From contig DXJV01000078.1 of assembly GCA_019056785.1 (NCBI GenBank), positions 1 through 50,824 on the forward strand: a stretch of DNA of 50,824 bases. The letters are read 5' to 3'. A model generated the notes under the pieces. It made no database searches. It saw only the letters and a program-made list of their open reading frames with translations, and was not told the DNA's origin. The position numbers and the translations under genes were made by a program. This document shows, piece by piece, positions 1 to 9,023 of the stretch; position 1 is the stretch's first letter; the number at the start of each line of letters is the position of its first letter. This DNA comes from Candidatus Heimdallarchaeota archaeon. Its GTDB lineage: Archaea > Asgardarchaeota > Heimdallarchaeia > JABLTI01.

Positions 1-738
1 ACCCTCGAGGTCTAGGAAGGTTATTTTCTTTTCCGGCCACAGTGCCAGCAATTTTTCCGCCCAGTCATGCCAGTCTAGTTTCCTTTTCTTTTTTTCTTCC
101 GGCGGCATTTTTGTTATTTCATCTACTTTTTCCCCGAATCTTATGGCTGTTCTTATTCCGAATTTTTCGCTAATAGTAGCTTCTATTTTCAGTGCTTCTT
201 TTAACGTTGCCACTCCCTTCATTATTATTGCTTCGTCCAATCCCTGTTCTATTAGCCGGTAATATTTTCCTTCGCTTCTTTTTCTCGAGGTTATGCCTAC
301 TTTGATGATCGTTCCAAATCTTCCGATATAGACCAGGTGTTCCCCATAGCATCTTATTATGTTCTCCCTGTTCCCGCACGGGGGGTTTTCTTTACTACAT
401 TTTTTCCCATAAGGCTCTCCCGGTCCTTCGAAGATGCATCTTCTGGCTTTGTATGCTTCTTTGTTGTAGCATTCTATGCATACTGCTTCATAGCTCTCTC
501 GTGGTATTCTTTTCCCGCAACGCTCACAAAATTTCTCCCCTAGTTTCAGATAGACTTCTCCTTCTAGTGCTATGCTATAGCTTGTTCCATCGCCATTATC
601 GACTAATAGTAGCGGCTTGATCTTGTTCTCTGTCATTTTTAACCAGTAGCGTCTTATTATTTGCCTGGGATATTGGCATTGTTCTTCTATTGTAGTTCTC
701 AGGGTTCTGTTTTTTGTAGTGATAGTTATTAGGTTCAT
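1..738 (-). CDS. DUF2797-like protein (Cys-rich Zn-binding region plus GIY-YIG-like KVGIT motif); runs off the left end
   Basis: Not in the ORF track. Translated by hand from ATG 738 (GGAGAGGAG upstream) and open to position 1. Contains CERCG..CIEC..C..C..C and HLVYIGRFGTIIKVGIT..RLIEQG, the DUF2797 pattern. Confidence 0.75.
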   Translation of the reverse strand, partial: MNLITITTKNRTLRTTIEEQCQYPRQIIRRYWLKMTENKIKPLLLVDNGDGTSYSIALEGEVYLKLGEKFCERCGKRIPRESYEAVCIECYNKEAYKARRCIFEGPGEPYGKKCSKENPPCGNRENIIRCYGEHLVYIGRFGTIIKVGITSRKRSEGKYYRLIEQGLDEAIIMKGVATLKEALKIEATISEKFGIRTAIRFGEKVDEITKMPPEEKKKRKLDWHDWAEKLLALWPEKKITFLDLEG

Positions 739-1087
739 TGCTGATCTCCTCTCCAAGTAATAAGAGTGTTTTTTAGAATATTTTAACAAATCATTCCCAG
801 AAAAGGTCTGTTCTTCTGTTCTTTTTTTCCTTTTTGTCTTTTCTTTGCCCTTAATTTTAGATTTTAATGCTGTAGGATTTTCATTTTCTTTTCTAAATAC
901 CACTAGTAAGGACTGTTTTGGTTGAGTTTTTTTCCTTATCCCCTCCCTTCACCAAAAAAACTCATTTCGTCCAATAACTTAGGTCTATTTTTTTATTCCA
1001 AAACCTTGCTTTTGGTTAATTGCGCTGGTAGTTTCTCTGAAGAAAGCCAATTTTTAGTTCTCTTACCTTCTTTTTTTCCTTCCACAA

Positions 1088-2560
1088 TCAGGATTTAGCT
1101 GGTTGTTTTTCTACTTCTTTAAGCGCTCTGTACTCTTTTTCTTCGCTTTCTGCTGTTTCCCTTTTAGTTTCTTTCAGCTTCTTATCTGTGCTCAATTCAT
1201 AACCAACCATTACCATTAGAAAGGCTAATTCTATGATGGTTATGCTATTTGCAATTCTAAATAACCTAATGAAGTTGTCCAAATCATATTGTGTTCCCCA
1301 TAGGAGCCATGCTACTATTATTAAGAAGATCACTGAAGCGATCATTGTTAAACTAGGGATGATTACCATCCAGCTGTTTTTTTTCTTTTCTTTTTTCTCT
1401 TGCCATTCGCTGTAGCCTATGCCTAGTAGAAATGCTGCTATTGGTAATAGGTCTGTTAGTATCAGTGTAAATGGTTTTGCTTTTGTGTACCAGCTGGTTA
1501 TTCCTGGTATGGCGCTGTTTTTTATCAACCAGTTCCAAATGAGCCATATTCCTAATACTTTTAGCGGTATTATTATGCTGATAGTTATTATTGTCAAATA
1601 GTGTGAGTATTTTTGTTTCTCTCTTGCTTTCTCTTTTTTCAGCAGGCTATAGGCTATTATTGTTGTTCCAAAGGTGTATAGCGCTAATTGTGGCAGGTCG
1701 GATGCCGGCAGTATTCCTCTACTACTGACGACTAATTGTGAATTCTTGACCGTTGCTATTAACCAGATCATACTTGCACTTATCACTGCTGCGCCAATAA
1801 TTGTCATTACTTTTGCGCTTTCTTTTTGCATTTGTTTCTGTTCTAGGGTGCCTTCTGGTTCTGGTAGTTCTATTTCTTGTAGAATGAAGTAATAACCTAC
1901 AAGGTTTATTCCGGCAAAAAGTACACTCGCCCCCCAGAACATCTTAACTCCCAATGCATACTGGGCAACTTTTTGTAAGAGCGCTCTCCCAATTATCTCG
2001 AGTAGTAGGAGTAGCAAGTTTAACGCGGCAAGAACGATGATTGGGCTGTTTTTTCTTCCCTCTTTTTTTCGCAGTTTCATTATTGCCGGCGTCACTATTA
2101 TAGTGGCTATTAAAACACTACAAATTAATAATTGATTGGTTATTTTCCACATTCGTTTCTGAAAAACAGCTGTATATGCTTCCACCAATGCATAGTGGTC
2201 TTTAAATCCGTATAATACCAGATATCGATAGAACAAAGCTGCCGGGATGATTGCCACCACTATTGGGATTGTTATTAGTAGTATTTCGGTGATTTTTTCT
2301 TTTGTTTTTCTTTGCAAAGAAATTATCGCCCCCGGGATCAGCGATCCTCCTGCAACTATTAGTGCTATTAGCATAATCAAGTACCATACTTCATCCAGGT
2401 AGACTGCTTTTAAAGCAATAATAGCTGTCACAATTACTAATGTTACAAATATTGTAAAACTCGCAAAACTTACTGTTAGAAACGCTTGCGACAAGTGCTT
2501 CTTTTTTGCCCCTGTTAATTCTCTTATTGAACCATTCATTATTTTATCGACCCTATTCAT
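1088..2560 (-). CDS. Polytopic membrane protein (about 12-13 TM), unknown function
   Basis: 490-aa ORF of hydrophobic helices alternating with Lys-rich loops. Confidence 0.75.
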   Translation of the reverse strand: MNRVDKIMNGSIRELTGAKKKHLSQAFLTVSFASFTIFVTLVIVTAIIALKAVYLDEVWYLIMLIALIVAGGSLIPGAIISLQRKTKEKITEILLITIPIVVAIIPAALFYRYLVLYGFKDHYALVEAYTAVFQKRMWKITNQLLICSVLIATIIVTPAIMKLRKKEGRKNSPIIVLAALNLLLLLLEIIGRALLQKVAQYALGVKMFWGASVLFAGINLVGYYFILQEIELPEPEGTLEQKQMQKESAKVMTIIGAAVISASMIWLIATVKNSQLVVSSRGILPASDLPQLALYTFGTTIIAYSLLKKEKAREKQKYSHYLTIITISIIIPLKVLGIWLIWNWLIKNSAIPGITSWYTKAKPFTLILTDLLPIAAFLLGIGYSEWQEKKEKKKNSWMVIIPSLTMIASVIFLIIVAWLLWGTQYDLDNFIRLFRIANSITIIELAFLMVMVGYELSTDKKLKETKRETAESEEKEYRALKEVEKQPAKS

Positions 2561-2833
2561 AATTTTTGTTTGGAGTAAGATACAACTGTGGTTAACATTA
2601 GGTGTTGTTTTTATTTATACTCTCTCCAACAACTGTTTACCAAATAGTTTAGCTACTTATAACGATCGATTTTTGTTTTTTTTCTGCTTTTTTAGTCAAT
2701 TCATACCTCGAGATACAAGTTGAAACTTTCCTTGCTCTTCAGCTTCTTTTCCCTTCTTTCGATATCCTTTTCTCTTTTCATTTTCACGCAAAAAGTTAAA
2801 AATCGTTAAGAACTGCAAAATAGCCACGAATCT

Positions 2834-2879
2834 AGTGCTCCCTAAGGCCTCCTCGCCAGGTGACGCGAGGACCAGCACT
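2834..2879 (+). promoter_or_regulatory. GC-rich stem-loop in the leader of rpl14e
   Basis: AGTGCT/AGCACT outer stem and TCCTCGC/GCGAGGA inner stem, in AT-rich intergenic DNA 35 nt before the ATG. Confidence 0.45.
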
Positions 2880-2914
2880 TCGAGCATTCCCAATTTAAGG
2901 AGTGAATAACTAAA

Positions 2915-3190
2915 ATGATTGATATTGGACGCATTGTCGTTAAAATTGCTGGAAGAGAAGCCTTACGAAAAGCAGTTGTTGTTGATATTATTGACAAGAA
3001 TTTCGTCTTAATCACCGGTCCCCCTACTTTGACTGGTATTAAGCGCCGCCGTGTCAACATCAAGCACATCGAGCCCACTTCGAAGAAGTTGGAGATCACT
3101 CGCAAAGCGACTGACGCTGATGTTCTTGCTGCGGCAAAAGCTGCTAATCTTGATGGCTTCATAAAGGAAAAAGTCAAGCTGAACGTTTAA
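2915..3190 (+). CDS. rpl14e: 50S ribosomal protein L14e
   Basis: [46 protein letters not shown]; upstream of cbf5 as in many archaea. Confidence 0.95.
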   Translation: MIDIGRIVVKIAGREALRKAVVVDIIDKNFVLITGPPTLTGIKRRRVNIKHIEPTSKKLEITRKATDADVLAAAKAANLDGFIKEKVKLNV

Positions 3191-3304
3191 TCGTTTTGTC
3201 TTCTCATTTTTTCTTTTCTCTCCCCTTTTTTTAAGCAAAGATTTTATTTTTCTATATACTGATGTATGTTAAGTTTTATCTTTCAGTTCCTCCATGGTGT
3301 CTTT

Positions 3305-4315
3305 ATGTCTCGAGAGCATCTCTTACCTTCAGAGCAAAAACGCTCGTTCATTGTTAAATCAGACGACTTTGAAATTACCTCCTACGGCAAGCGTCCTGAG
3401 GAGCGAACCGTCCCAGAGCTGCTTCGCCTTGGCGTTATTAATGTTGATAAACATCCTAACCCCACGAGTCAGGAAATTGTTGCCTATATCAAGAAGATTT
3501 TCGGTCTTACGAAGGCGGGCCATTCTGGTACCCTTGACCCTGCCGTTAGTGGCGTTCTCCCTGTTGCTCTCGAAGATGCCACGAAAATCACCAAGGCTTT
3601 GCTTACTGCCGGCAAAGAGTATGTCTGTATTATGCATTTGCATTCTGAAGCCAAAGCAAGTGCTATTAAGAAGGTCATGCAAGAATTCGTCGGTGAGATC
3701 TATCAGAAACCGCCTGTAAAGTCTAGTGTAAAGCGTGTCCTTCGTTCCCGGACGATTTACTATCTTGATGTTCTTGAGATCGACGGGCAAGATGTCCTCT
3801 TCCTTGTTGGGTGTGAAAAAGGAACATATATTCGCAAGCTCTGTCACGATATTGGTCTGGTGTTAGGTACCGGTGCCCATATGAAAGAGCTTCGCCGGAC
3901 AAAATCCGGTCCTTTTAAAGAAGATGAAACCCTTTCTTCTCTAACCCGTATTTATGATGCCTATGCCACTTATACGGAATCTGGCGACGAGACTGAGCTG
4001 CGTAAGGTTGTGCTCCCGATGGAGCGCGGATTAATTCATTTACCTAAGATTATCATTCGTGATAATGCCATTGGTGCTATTTGTCATGGTGCGAGTCTTG
4101 CTATTCCTGGTGTGTTAAAGCTTCATGATTCGATTGTGAAAGGCGACCTTGTCTTACTTGAGAGTCTGAAAGGAGAAGCTGTCGCCCTTGCTATTGCTGA
4201 GTTAAATGCCACCGAAATCGTTGCTGCCAGTCATGGTCTTGCCGCTCGAACAACTCGTGTGTTAATGGATCGGGCAGTATATCCGAAAGTGTGGAAGGAA
4301 TCGACCAAGCGATGA
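3305..4315 (+). CDS. cbf5: H/ACA RNA-guided pseudouridine synthase Cbf5 (TruB family plus PUA domain)
   Basis: GHSGTLDP catalytic motif, YQKPPVKSSVKR, GTYIRKLCHDIG, C-terminal PUA domain. ATG 3305 preferred over 3266. Confidence 0.95.
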   Translation: MSREHLLPSEQKRSFIVKSDDFEITSYGKRPEERTVPELLRLGVINVDKHPNPTSQEIVAYIKKIFGLTKAGHSGTLDPAVSGVLPVALEDATKITKALLTAGKEYVCIMHLHSEAKASAIKKVMQEFVGEIYQKPPVKSSVKRVLRSRTIYYLDVLEIDGQDVLFLVGCEKGTYIRKLCHDIGLVLGTGAHMKELRRTKSGPFKEDETLSSLTRIYDAYATYTESGDETELRKVVLPMERGLIHLPKIIIRDNAIGAICHGASLAIPGVLKLHDSIVKGDLVLLESLKGEAVALAIAELNATEIVAASHGLAARTTRVLMDRAVYPKVWKESTKR

Positions 4316-4917
4316 CCGGCCATTATTTCTCAGAACATCCTCAAAGCTCGGGTAAAACTGTCCTTCTCCGGACTTTTCAATTGGGCAATCATTTAACCTT
4401 CAACAGCCAATCTGGTGTTTTTAGCTGGCGAAAAATCGATAACGGGAGCGAGCTTCTTCTGAATAATCTTACCTTGCCTTCCAAGGGTACTGTTTTAGAC
4501 CTGGGTTGTGGCTATGGTTTTTTGGGCATTGCTCTTGCTAAAGCTTATCCTGAGCTTTTTTTCGTTTTAACAGACGTTAATGTTTTAGCTGTCAAACTTG
4601 CGAGAAGTAACTGCAAATTAAATGGCGTTACAAAAAATACTCGTGTTCTTCAAGGGAATCTCTATGAACCTGTTCGAGAGCAAAAGTTTGCTGCCATTAT
4701 TACCAATCCACCTTTAATGGCTGGTAAGAGTGTCTTGCAATCGTTCATCACCGGTGCAAAACAGCATCTCCTTCCCGGAGCGGCTCTTCAGCTTGTGGTT
4801 CCAAAAAAGAAAGGTTTGCTTTCCATTCAAAAAATGCTTGTTGCTGTTTTTGGTTCTTGGGAGCTTGTTGCTAAGGGTTCTGGTTTCCGGGTTCTCAAAG
4901 CAATTAATGATCAATGA
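4312..4917 (+). CDS. Class I SAM-dependent methyltransferase (RsmC/MTS-like)
   Basis: HYFS N-terminus, GVFS, VLDLGCGYG, ITNPP motifs; ATGA overlap with the cbf5 stop. Confidence 0.88.
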   Translation: MTGHYFSEHPQSSGKTVLLRTFQLGNHLTFNSQSGVFSWRKIDNGSELLLNNLTLPSKGTVLDLGCGYGFLGIALAKAYPELFFVLTDVNVLAVKLARSNCKLNGVTKNTRVLQGNLYEPVREQKFAAIITNPPLMAGKSVLQSFITGAKQHLLPGAALQLVVPKKKGLLSIQKMLVAVFGSWELVAKGSGFRVLKAINDQ

Positions 4918-4924
4918 TATGGTC

Positions 4925-4997
4925 ATTTTTGTTACAAAAGTTTACTCCCTCACTCACGAGTCTCCCTCTCACAGATTTTTGTTACAAAACTTGACTC
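4925..4997. repeat. Two direct copies, 50 bp apart, of a palindromic TTTTGT-T-ACAAAA element
   Basis: ATTTTTGTTACAAAAGTTTACTC (4925-4947) and ATTTTTGTTACAAAACTTGACTC (4975-4997). Confidence 0.7.
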
Positions 4998-5170
4998 ACG
5001 ACTAACTCTGTTGTTTAGTGCACCTCGAGTAAGAAAGTCTTGTAAAAGATTTGTTGTTGATTTTTATTCACAATTTTGCTTCTTCCTTTTCTTCTTCATT
5101 AAAAATCATTCTTAGCGGAAAACTAAAAAAAGGGTAATCCCGCAACATATGTTGTTTATCTTCAACAACA

Positions 5171-5321
5171 GCTGAGGTGGCCTAGAAACCGAAACCTGTC
5201 TGGCTTTGGTTTGGGCATCCTGGTAGGGCGGTAGCCTGGAAATTTGGTTTTCCTTAATTTCCACTACCGGTCAGCTACTGTGCGTCAGCACGCGCGAGTT
5301 CAAATCTCGCCCTCAGCACCA
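5171..5321 (+). tRNA. tRNA-Ser(GGA) with two introns (5186-5218 at 15/16; 5242-5272 at 37/38) and encoded CCA
   Basis: Acceptor GCTGAGG/CCTCAGC, anticodon stem GTAGC/GCTAC with CT-GGA-A|A loop, long variable arm GTGC-GTCA-GCAC, T-arm GCGAG-TTCAAAT-CTCGC. Removing both inserts gives an 87-nt class II tRNA. Confidence 0.92.
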
Positions 5322-5461
5322 TTTCTTTTCTTTTTCTTTCCTGGTTCTTGTAGTTCTTCTTTGAATACTTTCGTTCTTCTCTTGTCTTTCTCTTTTAAAA
5401 AGAATGCAATTAGGTGTTTTTATAGAAAATTTCCTTACTAATTATGAGTATATAGTTTGAG

Positions 5462-5782
5462 TTGACAGCTATGACTATTGATAGTAAAACCACCCCCAAA
5501 AGAGACTACAATAATGGTAATAAGAGCACTCGCGTTTGTGACATTGTGCATTTTTATAATAAGCAGCGTTCTAACAGTCTGCAAGTCTATGTTGAAGACC
5601 CCTATTTAAAGGATGGTCGCTGGCTCACCAGTGGCGCTATTCGAATGGTTCTCACGAAATACGGCGACCAGCAACAAGTTAATGCCATCAAATTGACCTT
5701 TGCTGAGGCAACCGAGCTGATTTTCCGTCTTCAAAAAGCTCTTTCTACTGCAATTGAGAAAGAATTCGCCTTACAGCAATAA
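5462..5782 (+). CDS. Small hypothetical protein, possible PC4/Whirly-like beta-sheet plus helix fold
   Basis: 106-aa ORF followed by a T-tract. Several predicted strands, then AIKLTFAEATELIFRL helix. Confidence 0.65.
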   Translation: MTAMTIDSKTTPKRDYNNGNKSTRVCDIVHFYNKQRSNSLQVYVEDPYLKDGRWLTSGAIRMVLTKYGDQQQVNAIKLTFAEATELIFRLQKALSTAIEKEFALQQ

Positions 5783-5903
5783 TTACCGTCCTTTTTTTTC
5801 TCTTTTCAGCTCTTTTTTTCCATTAAATTGATGGAAAGAATAAAATAATCAAATTAGTTATCTTTTTCCAGAAATAATTAGTAATTCATTAATTTACAAG
5901 GAT

Positions 5904-6809
5904 TTGGACATTGTGAGACGCTCGAATGGTGGTGTTATCTGGCTATTAATTGCTGGCGCGGCGCTAGCTTTTGGTTTTAATCAAGTAGTTGCTTATCTTT
6001 TACAGGTGAAATTTTTCATCCCTTCCTTTCTTCTCCTGGTATTAAGTGGGTATGTTGTTGCGCGTATTATTGGTCGTGTTGGCGGTGAATTTTCTGCCGG
6101 CGCGAAGCCTTATTCCATTCTCCTCGAAGGTTTTGTTTTCGGGTTAGCATTCGATCTTTTACGTATGCGGTATGATTGGATTATCAATATCTTCAAACAT
6201 ATTGCCCTTGGCACCTTTTTCATTCTCATTGCTCTTGCGTTTAAAAGCAATCTCGAGAAATATACGGACAAACATCCAAAAGATGGCCCGCATCTGGGGT
6301 TACTACGTGTTTCTCTTCTCTATATTTTTGCTGGCGTTTGCTTTGGTTTCACAATCAATAATTTAGTAGAAGCCTTTTTACAGGACCTTTATTTTATTGC
6401 TTTACTTCCCTTTCTTCTGACATTGGCCGTTCTTATTATGATCACCGCTAAGGCGGATTTTGACTTGCTTTCAGACAGGTCCGGCACCTGGCAACAACTT
6501 CTTGCTGGTGGTGCTCTTGGTGTGACCGTCGACCTTCTCCTCTTCAAAATTGTTACCTGGTGGGACCTTCTCAATGTCTTCGTTGTTTTTGCAATATTTG
6601 TGATTACTGCCTCTGTGATCCGTATGAAAGAAGCTACAGCAATCTCTTCAGAGGGAGTTGAACTTTCCCTCCCAGCGAAAAAGGGTAAGAAAAAGAAGAA
6701 GGTGGTAGGCACCATTGAACTGACAAAACGCCCCTCTTCCTCCACGAAGAAATACACTCGCCCTAAGAAGGAGCGTTCTTCGAAATATAAAACAAAGCAA
6801 TCCAAATGA
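5904..6809 (+). CDS. Polytopic membrane protein with Lys-rich C-terminal tail
   Basis: About 8 hydrophobic segments and a basic tail. Confidence 0.75.
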   Translation: MDIVRRSNGGVIWLLIAGAALAFGFNQVVAYLLQVKFFIPSFLLLVLSGYVVARIIGRVGGEFSAGAKPYSILLEGFVFGLAFDLLRMRYDWIINIFKHIALGTFFILIALAFKSNLEKYTDKHPKDGPHLGLLRVSLLYIFAGVCFGFTINNLVEAFLQDLYFIALLPFLLTLAVLIMITAKADFDLLSDRSGTWQQLLAGGALGVTVDLLLFKIVTWWDLLNVFVVFAIFVITASVIRMKEATAISSEGVELSLPAKKGKKKKKVVGTIELTKRPSSSTKKYTRPKKERSSKYKTKQSK

Positions 6810-6824
6810 GGGAGTGAAGAATCA

Positions 6825-8195
6825 ATGAGAAAAAGTCCTCTTTTGACTATCTGTATTGTCTTCCTCTTCAGTTATTCTACGGTACTGTTCTCTCCTGCTG
6901 TCACGCAAACTGTGAGTGGTTATGCTGAGAACGTTCAAATCGGTTTTTCTTGGATCAATGGTATTGACGGCGCTTCCGAGATGGTTGGGGCAGGCTATGC
7001 TAAAGCCATAGAGATGGGCGCCCAAATCGAGCATCGAGAATACCGTTGGGATTACTTAGACCTTACTATGACCTCTCTTAGTGAGTGGAGTGACCTTTAT
7101 CTCTCTAAAAACCCGGAAATAGCCGTCTCTTTAGCTTTGTCTGTTATCAATGGTAATTCCACTGCTTTACCGTTTAACATTACTACCTTTAGTCGTTATA
7201 CTTCTCCGGCAACAAACGGCACTCGTTTCAATGACACGCTTATTTTGAATACCTTGAGAAACATGACCATCAAAGTATTTGACGTTCTTAATCTCACCTA
7301 CATTAGTTTTGGTAGTGAAATCAATGGCTTTTTTGAAAGTTATTTTGATTATGACACCAAGACTTTCACCAGCACTGCAATGCTAGAAGACTATGTTGAT
7401 TTGCTCGAAAAAATGTATGTCTTCATTCATTCCCGTTTTCCTGCCACCAAAGTTTTGACCATTTTTCGCTACCAGCTTCCAATGGATATTGATACCATTC
7501 AGGCTCTTATTCCCTATTTCACTAATACCTGTGATATCTTTGGCATTTCGGCTCGAATTTTCACTGATAACTATGGTCGCTTGGCATATCTTAGTGATCA
7601 GGATGTTTTCGAACGTTTTTCTGCTGTGGCAAACTTAACTTCCAAGCAAATCGCTATTACTAATACATATACCATTTCTGACAGCCGGGCTGGAGGGTCC
7701 GAACTCTATCAAGCAAATTATATCCATTATCTTTTCAACACCATTAAAAAACTCGATAATCGCTTGGCATTTGTTTGCTGGTACACCATTTACGACTACC
7801 CACCTGGTTACCTGGGCACCTTTTTCAGCCCCTTCTTGGAGGTCCATGCGACCGCCGGCCTTCTGTCTTACACCGGAAATGTGAAACCAGCCTATTTTGC
7901 CTGGATCGAAGAGATGACTGCTGCAGGAAAATTGCCCTCATATTACTCTGCCTGGAAAATTAGCTTGATCTCGCTTTTCATTGCAGCCATTCTTGGGTTC
8001 CTTATTTTTGTTTATGTCAAGGAATTTCCGGAGTTTAAAAAAGACTGGCCGACTCGAGTTAAAGCGCCTAAAGCCGAGAAAGTTGAAGAGCCGAAAGTAA
8101 TTCAACTCGAGGAAAAGAAGCCTAAGAAGAAATCGTCGCCTCCGATAAAAGAACCGGAACAAGAAAAAGGGTCAAGTGAGGAAAGCAATACGTAA
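6825..8195 (+). CDS. Secreted, membrane-anchored GH-A clan glycoside hydrolase-like protein
   Basis: Signal peptide; YISFGSEING; IAITNT; GLLSYTGNVKPAY; C-terminal TM and charged tail; many N-x-S/T sequons. Confidence 0.7.
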   Translation: MRKSPLLTICIVFLFSYSTVLFSPAVTQTVSGYAENVQIGFSWINGIDGASEMVGAGYAKAIEMGAQIEHREYRWDYLDLTMTSLSEWSDLYLSKNPEIAVSLALSVINGNSTALPFNITTFSRYTSPATNGTRFNDTLILNTLRNMTIKVFDVLNLTYISFGSEINGFFESYFDYDTKTFTSTAMLEDYVDLLEKMYVFIHSRFPATKVLTIFRYQLPMDIDTIQALIPYFTNTCDIFGISARIFTDNYGRLAYLSDQDVFERFSAVANLTSKQIAITNTYTISDSRAGGSELYQANYIHYLFNTIKKLDNRLAFVCWYTIYDYPPGYLGTFFSPFLEVHATAGLLSYTGNVKPAYFAWIEEMTAAGKLPSYYSAWKISLISLFIAAILGFLIFVYVKEFPEFKKDWPTRVKAPKAEKVEEPKVIQLEEKKPKKKSSPPIKEPEQEKGSSEESNT

Positions 8196-8235
8196 CCTTT
8201 CCTCTTATTTTTCGTTTTTTCATTCTTAGAGATGG

Positions 8236-8961
8236 TTATCTTCCGCCTAAAGCGGGGAAATAGTACTTCTTTCCTTCTGCATAACTGGCATCTATGCGGG
8301 CTATGCCGGCTTCGCGCATGGCTTCAAGAACGCGCTCGCATCGTTCTTGCGTCCAGCTTGTCTTTAGCATCAGTTCCTCGATGGAAATCCAGCCTTTTCT
8401 TGTTGAGATAGAAAGCACTTCTTCCTGGTCTTCTGTTAAGTTTGCTGGAATGAATTCAACCAAAACAACGCCACTCTTTAATGTCCTTGGTTTTGGAATG
8501 AGTTTTGCGTCCACTAATTTTTCAATTGCTTTCACGACATCCTTTGCAGCGATTATTTTCCCTGGCCGTTCTTTATTTACCAGCAGTACAACTTCTCCGA
8601 GGGTCATTAACCCCCCTGTCTGCTCTTGTACCTCTTTTGCTTTCTCGAGTATTTCTACGCCTAGCCGTTCAAAGAAATCTCCCCCACCAACTCTATCCCA
8701 GAAGGTGGCGCTTTCTTTCCATTCATAGACGCCTATCTCATTTGGCAAGCCCAGTTCTTGTCGTAATTCCACTAATTTTTTGTAAGTATCTTCATTCTTC
8801 TCGAGGTCTTTCTTCCACTTCTTTTCGAATCGTTTCAATTGTCCTCGAAGTTCGCGTATGTTTTCTAACATCCGCTCTAAGTCTTTAATCATTAATTCTG
8901 CTTCTTTCTTTTTGTAGGCTGATTTCACGCCGATTTTTTTCTCGATTTCTCTTAAACCCAT
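8236..8961 (-). CDS. vps22: ESCRT-II EAP30-domain subunit (Vps22/Snf8-like)
   Basis: GDFFERLGVEILE..GGLMTL.E, DVVKAIEKL and WTQERCERVLE.M..GIARID..YYFPAL match the tandem winged helices of Snf8/Vps22. Confidence 0.88.
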   Translation of the reverse strand: MGLREIEKKIGVKSAYKKKEAELMIKDLERMLENIRELRGQLKRFEKKWKKDLEKNEDTYKKLVELRQELGLPNEIGVYEWKESATFWDRVGGGDFFERLGVEILEKAKEVQEQTGGLMTLGEVVLLVNKERPGKIIAAKDVVKAIEKLVDAKLIPKPRTLKSGVVLVEFIPANLTEDQEEVLSISTRKGWISIEELMLKTSWTQERCERVLEAMREAGIARIDASYAEGKKYYFPALGGR

Positions 8962-9023
8962 TGCTATTCAATCCTCAGATGATTTTTAGTTCAACACTCA
9001 ATTTAACATTTCGAAATTGATCG

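Noticed and set aside
2846-2890. HDV-like ribozyme (GCCTCCTCGC matches the HDV P3/L3 sequence)
   Set aside because: No P1 or P2 pairing partners were found upstream, and TCCTCGC pairs fully with GCGAGGA as a simple hairpin.
3515-3545. Intron in cbf5, as in crenarchaea
   Set aside because: The GHSGTLDP region is continuous with no insert.
5171-5321. tRNA-Sec or an integrated element at the tRNA
   Set aside because: The anticodon is GGA with a standard 7-bp acceptor stem. No integrase or duplicated tRNA 3' end was seen.
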